From Candidatus Latescibacterota bacterium (GTDB taxonomy: Bacteria; Latescibacterota; UBA2968; GCA-2709665): a DNA stretch of 64,000 bases. The translations under genes were made by a program, and so were the position numbers. The notes beneath the pieces are model-generated. The model ran no database searches, was not told where the DNA came from, and worked only from the letters and a program-made list of their open reading frames with translations. The stretch is from positions 2,752,001 to 2,816,000 of the forward strand of contig OZ242358.1 in assembly GCA_965208835.1 (NCBI GenBank). Reading direction: 5' to 3'. Below, one piece after another: positions 18,475-27,795 of this stretch; position 1 is the first letter of the stretch; the number at the start of each line of letters is the position of its first letter.

Positions 18475-20919
18475 TCACGGGAGGCCGAAATAGATCGCAA
18501 AAATCAGGAAATCCTGGAAGTCGACAAGACCCGAACCGTCGAGGTCATATATTGGACTCTCCGTGCCGAATGCGCCGGCGAAGGCGATGAAATCGGCGAA
18601 ATTGACGGCACCGTCGTTGTTGAAATCCCCCTTCAGGGTCTTGCCGACCCTCCAATTCAGCTCAATGGATTTCTGCCCTGCAGATACCACGACCGTGACC
18701 AGGTCATCCGCTTCCGTGGCGGTAATCGCGACGAGCAAAGACGGCCCCGCCTCATCTACTGAAACACCGTTAACGGACCATGCAAAACTCAAGTCATCCC
18801 CGTCCGGATCCTGAGCCTTGACCGAAAAACGAATGGTTTCTCCCGAGACGCCAAACACGACACTTCGAGCCGGGTTGGTCTCCCGAATCTCAGGCGGGCG
18901 GTCGACATTCATCACCCGGATATTCACCCCGATGCGCACCTGATTTACACCGTCGCTGACCAGGAGTTGAATCTCGTAAGTCCGGTCGCCCTGATCGAAG
19001 CGGGGTGTCCAGGTCAGGCGATTCTCAACAAGGATCGCCCCGGCCGGAAGGCTTGCGGCGGAAAAGGCAAGCTCGTCGCCATCCTCGTCTTCCGCATCGA
19101 TGATAATCGCCAGAGGCTGGCCCTCCCCGATGGTGGTATCGGAAATCGCCGTCACCACCGGCGGCAGGTTCCCCGTTGGGGTCTGACCGAAGACTGCCCA
19201 GGCAACCGAGGGTGTCGTGCCTGCAGCCGTGGCGGATACCTGCACGACAGTCGTGCCGCGTCCAACCGCCACGATTTCGATTGAATCCGTCTCCGTGGTA
19301 ATTAATGAAAGGTCCGCGTGTCCGGGCACGTCGATCGCCCTGTTGCCACTGGCGCGGACAACGGTCCACGTGACCGGATTGCCTCCGGATCCCCCCGCGC
19401 GAACGGTCGCACGGTCTGAATGCACGCCAAGACGTACGACGGGAACCCTGCTGTCGCCAACCGACAACGTTAGAGGATTGGTTTCGCCGTCAACCGACTC
19501 GACAGCGGCGATCGTATATTCGTAATCGAAATCCTGCCCTTCCAGTGCGTCTGATATGGGCAAAAACACGATATTGTCGTATTGTCCCACGTTCGGGATC
19601 TCCAACCGGGAACGGCTCGGCCGCAGCAGACCGACCCCGTCGCTATCAATCAGCATAGCCCAGAACTGCCAGCTTCCCTCGCCGGCCAGGCTGAAGTCTG
19701 CTTTCATGCCGCCACGCAGCCCTTTCGTCACCACCTGAATATAATCGGCTGCCAGATGGTCCACCGTTCCTGAGCCGGATACCTGGCCGCCGGATGACGT
19801 TGATACCGTTCTGACCGACGCCGCCGGTTGATAAAACATGCCCTCTTCGTAAAACCCGTCTCGTGAGCGCGTTCCCGTGAAATAATTCCAGGTTACATAG
19901 CCTGGCAATGTCCCTGAAAAACCACCGGTGGGCACTGCCGAATTCAGCTTTCCCACATCGTACGACGACGTGTTGCGCTCGCCCAGTCCCTCCCACGTTT
20001 CCCTGATGGATTGTCTTCCAAAGACCTGGTCCAGGTAATGGACGTAGATGCAGGCCCCATACTGATGTCCGTCCTGCAGGCTGGGCTGCGAGTCCAGGGA
20101 GACGGTGGGTGAATCCAGAACGAACCGTGTGTACTGGAAATAGTCGTTCACATCGTCGTAAGCCACGTCTTCCATCCAGGTCGCGGTGGCTTCGTGCCAC
20201 CACGTCAAGTCTCGTGCATTGTATGCGAATTGTATCGCATGGAAGAACTCGTGCGCGACGGTCACGTGCAGACCGTCCAGCCCCCGGGTCGCGTAAATCC
20301 TGTCCGTGTAGTCGTTGTCGACCGTCAAGTAGGCGGACGTGACCGGAACACGGAGACTGTTGGGAAAGGTCTGACCGTACACGCCGGACGTGCCCAGTTG
20401 CTGTATGTAAACATCGAACAGGCCGTCGCCGTCATCCAGCGGAGCCCGGTACCCCAGATTTCGGACCTGAAGCGCCCACACGGCGTCGAACGTAGCAGCG
20501 ACTTCCTCGACGTAGTCAGGCACCCGGTTCCGGTTGGCGTCCGCTTGTGAAACGGCATGCCGCCCTCTCGTGTCGTAGTGGACGCGGAAGTGTCCACCCG
20601 GCGACACCAGGCTGTCCGTCATTGCGGGGCGCTGAAAAACGTGGGCGAACGCTTGATGTGTTTCGGCGCTCAGGCTGGCCCACCGGGTGGCCAGAGCCAT
20701 AATGACGGGTGTTCCGCAGACCGCGTGCTCGTGGAAATACGGACTGTCCGCCGGTAAGAGATCCGGCCTGAAGACCGCAGCCGCCCGGTTGAAGAGTTCC
20801 GCCTCCGTTGCCCGCGGAACCGGAGACAGATCGGGCGGCGCCCCGGCGCTTGCCTGGACGCCGCCCGTAAGAAGTGAGACTACAAAGATACGAGTTGACC
20901 AGTTCATCAGATTATTCAA
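18475..20919 (-). CDS. Secreted zinc metallopeptidase (MXAN_6640-like) with Ig/cadherin-like domains and C-terminal dockerin-like repeat
   Basis: Signal peptide, CGT, HFRVHY, VAHEFFHAIQFAY, WWHEATATWMED, DEDGDELAF...WTP, GDFNNDGAVNFADF...DLDGSGLVDFQDF; alternative ATG at 20907. Confidence 0.75.
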   Translation of the reverse strand: MNNLMNWSTRIFVVSLLTGGVQASAGAPPDLSPVPRATEAELFNRAAAVFRPDLLPADSPYFHEHAVCGTPVIMALATRWASLSAETHQAFAHVFQRPAMTDSLVSPGGHFRVHYDTRGRHAVSQADANRNRVPDYVEEVAATFDAVWALQVRNLGYRAPLDDGDGLFDVYIQQLGTSGVYGQTFPNSLRVPVTSAYLTVDNDYTDRIYATRGLDGLHVTVAHEFFHAIQFAYNARDLTWWHEATATWMEDVAYDDVNDYFQYTRFVLDSPTVSLDSQPSLQDGHQYGACIYVHYLDQVFGRQSIRETWEGLGERNTSSYDVGKLNSAVPTGGFSGTLPGYVTWNYFTGTRSRDGFYEEGMFYQPAASVRTVSTSSGGQVSGSGTVDHLAADYIQVVTKGLRGGMKADFSLAGEGSWQFWAMLIDSDGVGLLRPSRSRLEIPNVGQYDNIVFLPISDALEGQDFDYEYTIAAVESVDGETNPLTLSVGDSRVPVVRLGVHSDRATVRAGGSGGNPVTWTVVRASGNRAIDVPGHADLSLITTETDSIEIVAVGRGTTVVQVSATAAGTTPSVAWAVFGQTPTGNLPPVVTAISDTTIGEGQPLAIIIDAEDEDGDELAFSAASLPAGAILVENRLTWTPRFDQGDRTYEIQLLVSDGVNQVRIGVNIRVMNVDRPPEIRETNPARSVVFGVSGETIRFSVKAQDPDGDDLSFAWSVNGVSVDEAGPSLLVAITATEADDLVTVVVSAGQKSIELNWRVGKTLKGDFNNDGAVNFADFIAFAGAFGTESPIYDLDGSGLVDFQDFLIFAIYFGLP

Positions 20920-20979
20920 CCTGTACCTGACCTGACACCCACTCGGGACTGCACGGCAGGCGCGTCACCGTTTCTGTAT

Positions 20980-21657
20980 TCACGTACCTGGTTCCGTGAC
21001 GGTCACGTAGATGCTGTCCGACACGTTGACTCCCACCACATGCTGGATGTTTCCATCCAGTTCAATGGTCATCGGGCCATTGAAGGGCGCCTTCTCCTGA
21101 ACAAACAGCGTCACGCCCGGCCGCAATCCCAGCGCGCCCAGATACCTGAGCATCTCGGGACTCTGGTCGTTCACCTGCGCAATCACGACTGCTTCCCCGG
21201 CTTTCACCTGGGTCAGAGGGACACAATCCGTATTTTCTATATTTCCGTCTTTTGTCGGTATGGGCGCACCGTGCGGGTCGGTCGTGGGATGACCCAGTAC
21301 CCGGTCAATCTTGTCCTCGAATTCCTCCGAAATCACGTGCTCAAGTCTGTCGGCCTCGGCGTCGACTTCATCCCAGTCGTAGCCCAATGCGTCCGCGAGG
21401 TACAGTTCGAGCAATCGGTGATGCCTCAAGACTTCCAGGGCAACCGCTTCTCCCGCCGGCGTGAGTTCGACACCCTGATAGGGTGTGTGACGAACGAGAT
21501 TCATCTCGGCCAGCTTCTTGATCATATTTGTCGCGGAAGCGGCTGCCACCTCCATCCGCTCCGCAACCATCGAAGTATTCACAGTAGCCCGGGGTTCATG
21601 CCCATGCTGCAGCTTGTAGATGGACTTCAGATAGTCCTGTGCGGCCTGGCTAAGCAT
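20980..21657 (-). CDS. DtxR/MntR family metal-dependent repressor with one C-terminal FeoA domain
   Basis: QDYLKSIY, HTH, RHHRLLELYL, EADRLEH, DPHGAPIP, FeoA-like YLGALGLRPG. Confidence 0.92.
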   Translation of the reverse strand: MLSQAAQDYLKSIYKLQHGHEPRATVNTSMVAERMEVAAASATNMIKKLAEMNLVRHTPYQGVELTPAGEAVALEVLRHHRLLELYLADALGYDWDEVDAEADRLEHVISEEFEDKIDRVLGHPTTDPHGAPIPTKDGNIENTDCVPLTQVKAGEAVVIAQVNDQSPEMLRYLGALGLRPGVTLFVQEKAPFNGPMTIELDGNIQHVVGVNVSDSIYVTVTEPGT

Positions 21658-21768
21658 GTGTTTCCTTTCGCTGGCAATCCTGCGCGGATACCTGGAATTG
21701 GGTGGTCAGACCTGCAACGACAGCAGGCAAACGCGTTCCACGAAAACCTGCCGAGACATGAAACCACC

Positions 21769-23205
21769 TCATCCGGACAACAACCGCCAGATCTGCGCCA
21801 CGAGAAAGCAAAGCAGGAAACCCATTCCCACGGGAAGCAACGACGAGATGGACGTCCATTTGGCGCTTCTTGTTTCCTTCCAGATCGTATATATCGTGGT
21901 GGAACACGGGTTGTGTACCAGACTGAACAACATCAGATTGACGGCCGTAAGCAGAGTCCATCCGCCGGAAGCGAAAATCTGCGCGACCGCGGCGTCAGAG
22001 TCCAGTTCGAACATGACTCCTGCGCCTTCACCCAGCCCGGTCAATCGTGCGCTCAATACCGTCAACATCAGAATGGTGGGAATCACGATTTCATTCGCCG
22101 GAATTGCGATTACGTAGGCCAGCAGGATGACGCCGTTCAAACCGATAAGCAGGCCGAACGGCTGGCTCCAGTTGATAAAGTGTTCAGCGAGGCTGACTTG
22201 GCCAACAAGGATATTGGAGCTTAGCCATATCACCGCACCGGCGGGAACGGCAAAGATCACCGCACGCCACAGCACAATCAGCGTTCTGTCAATGATAGAG
22301 GTATAGACGGTCTGCAATACACGAGGCGGCCGATACGGCGGGAGTTCCAGGCTGAAGGCGGATGCTTCTCCACGAAGAACCGACCTGGAAAGGCCCCACG
22401 AAACAACAAATGAGAGCAGAATGCCAATTACGGCGACAGCCACGACGGCACCGGCCGAAACCAAGCCGGCGAAATGGGCAGGCGCCAGTCCTCCGATGAA
22501 GATCGTAGCCACCAGTATCTGCGTTGGCCACCGTCCATTGCAGAGAGAAAAGTTGTTGGTAATGATGGCAATGAGCCGTTCTCTAGGACTGTCGATAACC
22601 CGTGTGGACACGATTGCAGCGGCATTGCAGCCGAATCCCATACTCATCGTGAGTGCCTGTTTCCCGTGTGCGCCCGCCTTCTTGAACCATTTGTCCAGAT
22701 TAAACGCTACCCTGGGAAGATAGCCGAAGTCTTCCAGAAGCGTAAACAACGGAAAGAAAATCGCCATGGGAGGCAACATGACGCTCACCACCCACGCCAT
22801 TGCCAGGTAAACGCCGTCCACCAACAAACCGTCGAGCCACCAGGGCATTCCAATTGCCGCGGCCGTAGATTTCAACATTGGATGAATGGAGTCGATCAGC
22901 AGGCCCGCCAGCATCGCGGAGGGCACGTTCGCGCCCTCGATAGTCAGCCAGAATACCAGTGTCAGCAGGGCCAACATGATGGGGAAACCCAGCCAGCGGC
23001 TCGTGACCAGCCTGTCGATCGTCCGGTCCAGATCGAACCGGGCGGCTTCCCCGGTTCGGGTGACGGCACGATCTGCGATTTGAGCCGCGTTTGCATAGAG
23101 CGTTTCCATTAATGAATCGTGAAAATTAGACCCCACTTCCCATCGGAGCTCTGCCGCCAGACGAATCAGTTCCTCGGGGCGCTGATTTGCAGTCGAGTCG
23201 TTCAC
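21769..23205 (-). CDS. feoB: FeoB transmembrane half (Gate/FeoB_C domains) of a split FeoB
   Basis: [42 protein letters not shown]; GTG 23205 overlaps the upstream stop and has AGGAGG upstream. Confidence 0.88.
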   Translation of the reverse strand: MNDSTANQRPEELIRLAAELRWEVGSNFHDSLMETLYANAAQIADRAVTRTGEAARFDLDRTIDRLVTSRWLGFPIMLALLTLVFWLTIEGANVPSAMLAGLLIDSIHPMLKSTAAAIGMPWWLDGLLVDGVYLAMAWVVSVMLPPMAIFFPLFTLLEDFGYLPRVAFNLDKWFKKAGAHGKQALTMSMGFGCNAAAIVSTRVIDSPRERLIAIITNNFSLCNGRWPTQILVATIFIGGLAPAHFAGLVSAGAVVAVAVIGILLSFVVSWGLSRSVLRGEASAFSLELPPYRPPRVLQTVYTSIIDRTLIVLWRAVIFAVPAGAVIWLSSNILVGQVSLAEHFINWSQPFGLLIGLNGVILLAYVIAIPANEIVIPTILMLTVLSARLTGLGEGAGVMFELDSDAAVAQIFASGGWTLLTAVNLMLFSLVHNPCSTTIYTIWKETRSAKWTSISSLLPVGMGFLLCFLVAQIWRLLSG

Positions 23206-24011
23206 GCCAAAACCTCCTCTTCCCGCCTCGGGGTGCGGTTCAGGTCTCCGAGTTCTCCCGAGCTCACCGCTTCCATGATTCGCGTGTCCCCTTCGAGCAG
23301 TCGAAGCGCCACCCAGCGGGAATTCGGCACATTGGGAAACGCTTCCTCCAACTGAGCCGTGAGTCTGCCGACGGCCTTCCTTAATGCCGGCGGCTCGTTT
23401 TGTATGCGCTGCGGCCTGCAAACCGTCCGCCCGGTCGCCACGTCACTCAATACCCGCGTCAACTCAGGCATGCCCTCCCCGCGGCGCGCCGCGGCCGGCA
23501 CGACCGGAACGCCCAGATCCCGTGCCAGTCGTCGTTCGTCCACGCACAGTCCTTGCCGTTTTGCTTCGTCCATCAGGTTCAGACACACCACTGCACGGTC
23601 GGTAATCTCCAGTACCTGAAGGACGAGGTTCAGATTCCGCTCCAGCCGAGCCGCATCCACGACAACCACTGTGACGTCCGGCCGTCCGAACAGGATAAAA
23701 TCCCGTGCCACCTCTTCGTCGAGACTGGTGGACAGGAGAGAATAGGTTCCCGGAAGGTCCACAAGCTTATAACGGTGGCCGCCGTACGCGAAGCCGCCTT
23801 CGGCCCGCACAACAGTTTTGCCGGGCCAGTTTCCGGTATGCTGCCGCAAGCCCGTCAGGGCGTTAAATACCGTACTTTTCCCTGTATTCGGATTTCCTGC
23901 CAGCGCCACGACAAAATCCCAATTCGCCATATTTACGCCGAGTTTGGTCAGGTTGTCAGAATGATGCGCCGGGCAGGCTTCGCAACCATCGACCGTTGTC
24001 TGCATTTCCAT
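23202..24011 (-). CDS. feoB: FeoB N-terminal GTPase half of a split FeoB, with N-terminal CxxCxxH motif
   Basis: G1 [17 protein letters not shown]3 DLPG, G4 NLMD; GGAG upstream of ATG 24011. Confidence 0.88.
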   Translation of the reverse strand: MEMQTTVDGCEACPAHHSDNLTKLGVNMANWDFVVALAGNPNTGKSTVFNALTGLRQHTGNWPGKTVVRAEGGFAYGGHRYKLVDLPGTYSLLSTSLDEEVARDFILFGRPDVTVVVVDAARLERNLNLVLQVLEITDRAVVCLNLMDEAKRQGLCVDERRLARDLGVPVVPAAARRGEGMPELTRVLSDVATGRTVCRPQRIQNEPPALRKAVGRLTAQLEEAFPNVPNSRWVALRLLEGDTRIMEAVSSGELGDLNRTPRREEEVLA

Positions 24012-24063
24012 ATTAAACACTCCATCCGATACCGAATGCACCAGAGTGGCCGGTGACGTTGGT

Positions 24064-25089
24064 TTATTCCACGAGCTGCACCCGAATTTGAACCTGACTT
24101 GCCTGCTCCTTTCGAAGCGCAATGGTTGTGCCACGGATCCGGTATGCGGTGGGATCCCCGGAAGGACTACGCAACTCCACCTTTATACGTGTACCCGGCA
24201 GGATGCCCAGGTCCATCAACCGACGCCGTTCCAGACCGCGGCAGGATCCTGACAGCCTTACGACGTGGCCGATTTCGCCCTGTTTGAGGCCGGACAGCAG
24301 TTCGTCCGACGCTTCGGCTTCCGCCCCGTCGGATATGGCTGCGACAGAAATATGGTCGGCCAGCAACGGCGCCAGCACATGTTCTTCTCCATCGGCCCAG
24401 AAACGTACGCGCTGAGGAAGGACCTCGATCAGCTCGATCCGCATTCCGACGTGCAGTCCTTCCGCTGCCAGTTGAGCGTAGACGGGCTCCGGCTCGTCTT
24501 CGATATGTACGATTACCGCCGAAACGCCAGCGGGGTGCTCGGTCAGGTGCGTACCGCGTTTGGGCGCGATGTCTCCGGTTCCAGTGGGAATCGGATCGCC
24601 GTGCGGGTCGTAAACGGGATATCCCATCTTCCGGTCCAGCCGTTCCACGTCCTCGGAAGACATATCGTGCTCGCGGCGTTCCGCCTCGCTGTGCCAATCC
24701 GCGGCCGCGACCCCGGTCTCCTCAGCCAGATAGTGCTCCCAGAGGCGATGTACCCGAAGGATGCGAAGCGCATAATCCCGACCATGCGTCGTCAGTCTGA
24801 CGCTGCCGCCGTCAGAAACTGTCAGTCCGCGGACCCCCGCGCGTACCAGCAAGTCTGACGCGCGAGCAGGCTGTATCCCCAGCGAGCCGGATAGGCTTTC
24901 GACCGTCGCGATCTGCTGCTGATATTCGCAATTATAAATGTGCTTGAGAAGATCTTCCGTCAGAACGCGCTCGGTCAGCCGACGGGCCTGCCGCCAGCGC
25001 CAGAAATAACCCGAGCCCGGCTGGAAAAGAAACCATGTGCAACCCAGAATGGCGGCTGCACCCATAAGCGCTGTGAGGGGTTCAATCAT
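24064..25089 (-). CDS. DtxR-family protein with N-terminal transmembrane helix and two C-terminal FeoA domains
   Basis: Hydrophobic [49 protein letters not shown], FeoA1, FeoA2 ([11 protein letters not shown]...SPSGDPTAY); alternative TTG start at 25101. Confidence 0.85.
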   Translation of the reverse strand: MIEPLTALMGAAAILGCTWFLFQPGSGYFWRWRQARRLTERVLTEDLLKHIYNCEYQQQIATVESLSGSLGIQPARASDLLVRAGVRGLTVSDGGSVRLTTHGRDYALRILRVHRLWEHYLAEETGVAAADWHSEAERREHDMSSEDVERLDRKMGYPVYDPHGDPIPTGTGDIAPKRGTHLTEHPAGVSAVIVHIEDEPEPVYAQLAAEGLHVGMRIELIEVLPQRVRFWADGEEHVLAPLLADHISVAAISDGAEAEASDELLSGLKQGEIGHVVRLSGSCRGLERRRLMDLGILPGTRIKVELRSPSGDPTAYRIRGTTIALRKEQASQVQIRVQLVE

Positions 25090-25113
25090 CTGATTTTCCA
25101 AAGATAAAAAATT

Positions 25114-25157
25114 ATTTAGCCGTAACTAAATTTAAGATCTCATGCCGGAATTGTCAA
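25114..25157 (-). promoter_or_regulatory. Sigma70 promoter with overlapping MntR/DtxR-type operator
   Basis: TTGACA (25157-25152), 17 bp, TAAATT (25134-25129); palindrome ATTTAG-N6-CTAAAT at 25114-25131. Confidence 0.75.
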
Positions 25158-25441
25158 GCAGAATCGGCTCTGGAAGAGCCGGACGAATCGGAATATCGCA
25201 CCATTTTGACGAATCTTAGCGAGAAGAATGACGTTGCGAAACCGGGGAAATAGGTTGATATTTCGTCAGATTCGCCGGATTGCGGTGTCATCGCACCGCC
25301 AGTTGCAGTTCATTGCCTTGGAGGCTACGCTGGAACAATGCTTGCGTTAGTTGTGTAGCGGCGCAAACGCGATTTTCAGCCTGTGCCCGGCGCGGAAACC
25401 ATCACGCGGCGATAAATCCCAAATCTCGAAAGGTCACGCCC

Positions 25442-26548
25442 ATGGATCGAGTCAAGTCAGGCATCTTCATCATGCCGTTCCACCCGCCAGGAAAATCGCT
25501 CAGCCAGTGCCACGAAGAAGACATGGAGCTTGTCATCCGCGCCGACGAACTGGGTATCGACGAATTCTGGATCGGCGAGCATCACACCATGGTATACGAG
25601 AACATCGCGATGCCCGAGATATTTATCGGGGCGGCGCTGCGGGAAACCGGCGATATTCGGCTGGGGCCCGCGCCGGTCTGCCTCCAACAACACCACCCTG
25701 CGCTTGTCGCAAGCCGGTTGTCATTTCTGGATCACCTGTCCCGGGGGCGGCTCAATCTCTGTTTCGGGCCCGGGAGCGTTCCGACCGACCTGGAGATCTT
25801 CGGTGTCGACCCGCAGAACAGCGCAGCGATGGTCGCCGAATCAGTGGATATGATTCTGACGCTCTGGCTGACTGACCCGCCCTATGACATCGATGGCCGG
25901 TTCTGGAAGATCCGGATGGAACGCACAATCGATCCGGAGGTTGGCCTCGGCGTTATTCACAAGCCATTTCAACGACCCCATCCGCCTATTTCGATGCCGA
26001 TCAGTTCGATAAACTCCGAAACGGCCCGGCAGGCGGGGAGGCGCGGCTTCCAGCCGTTCGGACACAGCCTGATTCCGTCGAACACGCTGGCGAACATATG
26101 GACGACATACGAGCGGGCTGCCGCGGAGGCGGGGCGCCGGCCCAACCGGGCGGACTACAAGATCGCCAGGGCAATCTTCCTGGCCGACACCACTGAAGAA
26201 GCCGTGAGGCGCGCGAGATCCAACACGGTCGCGGCGAACTTCGAATACATCGGCACGCTGCTCAAACGTGGCGGCCGCGGTATGGGCATGTTCAAACGCG
26301 ATTCGGATATGCACGATGCGGACTGCAATCTGGATTACCTGATGGGCGAGCAGATCATCTCCGGGAACGTCGACGTGGTACTCGATCGTCTCGAAGCCTT
26401 GCGTGCGGAAGTCGGAGACTTCGGCACGCTCGTAATGATGTCCTACGACTGGGACCACAAAGAAAGCTGGTTGCGCAGCCTGGAACTCTTCGCGACAGAA
26501 TTGATGCCGGCACTGAACCGCGCGGTGACGTCGGAACCGGTGGTTTGA
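25442..26548 (+). CDS. LLM class (luciferase-like) flavin-dependent oxidoreductase
   Basis: GIFIMPFHP, ADELG..EFWIGEHH, LDHLSRGRL, PFQRPHPP, SLELFATELMP. Confidence 0.88.
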   Translation: MDRVKSGIFIMPFHPPGKSLSQCHEEDMELVIRADELGIDEFWIGEHHTMVYENIAMPEIFIGAALRETGDIRLGPAPVCLQQHHPALVASRLSFLDHLSRGRLNLCFGPGSVPTDLEIFGVDPQNSAAMVAESVDMILTLWLTDPPYDIDGRFWKIRMERTIDPEVGLGVIHKPFQRPHPPISMPISSINSETARQAGRRGFQPFGHSLIPSNTLANIWTTYERAAAEAGRRPNRADYKIARAIFLADTTEEAVRRARSNTVAANFEYIGTLLKRGGRGMGMFKRDSDMHDADCNLDYLMGEQIISGNVDVVLDRLEALRAEVGDFGTLVMMSYDWDHKESWLRSLELFATELMPALNRAVTSEPVV

Positions 26549-26649
26549 ACTTCCGCAGCGTACGACTGAGAGAAGAGTCGCCGGCGCTCACGCTCAGATA
26601 GAGCGGCGCAACCTGACGCCCGCCCCGTCCGGTCCGGCTGTCCGACACC

Positions 26650-26688
26650 AAAAAAAGGGCGACGCCCAAAACGGCGTCCCCCTTTTTT
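26650..26688. terminator. Bidirectional intrinsic terminator
   Basis: A7-GGGCGACGCC-CAAAAC-GGCGTCCCCC-T6 (one mismatch in the stem) between convergent genes. Confidence 0.75.
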
Positions 26689-26718
26689 ATCACAAAATTC
26701 AGGCTTAAAGCAGACTAC

Positions 26719-27285
26719 TCACTCCATCTTCTTGGCCGACTTAACGGGATATTCCTTTTCAAAACGCTCCCTGTATTTTTCTTCCCACCCGTCGATGGAC
26801 TCGCGTAGTGACGCCACCATCTGCGGCTCGATCTGCAGCAACTCCTGCATCTTCAGGGGAAACCGCTGACCGTCCGGATAGAAACTGCCATCCAAAACCA
26901 ATTCCTGAAGAAACGGATAACCCGCCACCAATTCACCCGGGGTCGGCTTCAGCGGCGTGACGCGGGTGTGGACCTTCAAGCCCATAAAAGTCAGGTGGCT
27001 GAACCCCATCCTGAACCGGACGTGAGCGCCAACCTTGTTGACTCGCACCTTATGGCCCGAATACAATTCGTCCAGGCGCGCTGCAAGCAGCATCCATCCC
27101 TGCTGGAATTCGTTCAGCGGCATGGCTTTTTCGCCGGAAAACGCCGCTTCCCGATCTTTGGCAAGCTGCTTGGCCATGGCGAGGGTTTTGTCATCCAGCT
27201 TTTTTGCTTTGGCATCGACCGAAGGCGCAGGGCACAGCGACAGACCAATGAAGATGCCGATCGAAGTCGTAAGAACACAACGCAC
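26719..27285 (-). CDS. Hypothetical exported protein
   Basis: GTG with AAGGGGGAG upstream, signal peptide-like N-terminus; no recognised family. Confidence 0.6.
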   Translation of the reverse strand: MRCVLTTSIGIFIGLSLCPAPSVDAKAKKLDDKTLAMAKQLAKDREAAFSGEKAMPLNEFQQGWMLLAARLDELYSGHKVRVNKVGAHVRFRMGFSHLTFMGLKVHTRVTPLKPTPGELVAGYPFLQELVLDGSFYPDGQRFPLKMQELLQIEPQMVASLRESIDGWEEKYRERFEKEYPVKSAKKME

Positions 27286-27502
27286 TATGGACTCCCCCTT
27301 TTTTGATGACGAGCGCACGATTCCCTTCCAGAAAAGGGCACACCAAGTCGTCCGGCAACACGTACACCGGACCTTGAACGGAAACGAGATTAAGGAATTT
27401 CAAACTTCTGCGCAAGCATTTTCTCGTACGCCGACAGAAAAAACCCGCTGTGCCGAAGCTTCGGGGTCAGCGGGTATCCGGTGCGATCAAACTGCGGTCG
27501 CG

Positions 27503-27682
27503 TCAGGACGGAGGCGGATCGTCGATGTCAAGGAGGGTCTGTTGTGAGGCGCTCCGGCGGCCTCCGCAACCGCCGGAGATACTGCCGCCGGCATCGGCCA
27601 GGAACGGACTGATGAACTTCCAGGCCGCCCAGAATCCACAGGCGACCGCAACACCCACAGCCACTGCACTCTGCCAATCCAT
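27503..27682 (-). CDS. 59-aa single-pass membrane protein resembling FeoB-associated Cys-rich membrane protein (below the ORF-track cutoff)
   Basis: MDWQSAVAVGVAVACGFWAAWKFISPFLADAGGSISGGCGGRRSASQQTLLDIDDPPPS; GGATAGGA upstream; 113 bp downstream of feoB. Confidence 0.65.
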   Translation of the reverse strand: MDWQSAVAVGVAVACGFWAAWKFISPFLADAGGSISGGCGGRRSASQQTLLDIDDPPPS

Positions 27683-27795
27683 CTCAGTGTCCTATCCCAA
27701 AAATACCTGACCATTCGGCTGCCGATTCATCCCGTCTCGCTGCGTTGCCCTCGCTCGACGGCCGAATTCAGGCAACCTATTTCCGGGACAGAACA

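Noticed and set aside
23202-23421. feoB pseudogene or frameshift
   Set aside because: Clean GTGA overlap with a strong AGGAGG and intact motifs in both halves point to a genuine split gene
27286-27500. yybP-ykoY manganese riboswitch (GGGGAG seen on the minus strand)
   Set aside because: It is simply the RBS of the 26719-27285 gene; the rest of the consensus is absent
27487-27714. 75-aa ORF from the track as the gene downstream of feoB
   Set aside because: The alternative frame 27503-27682 has an RBS, a transmembrane helix and a family-like pattern
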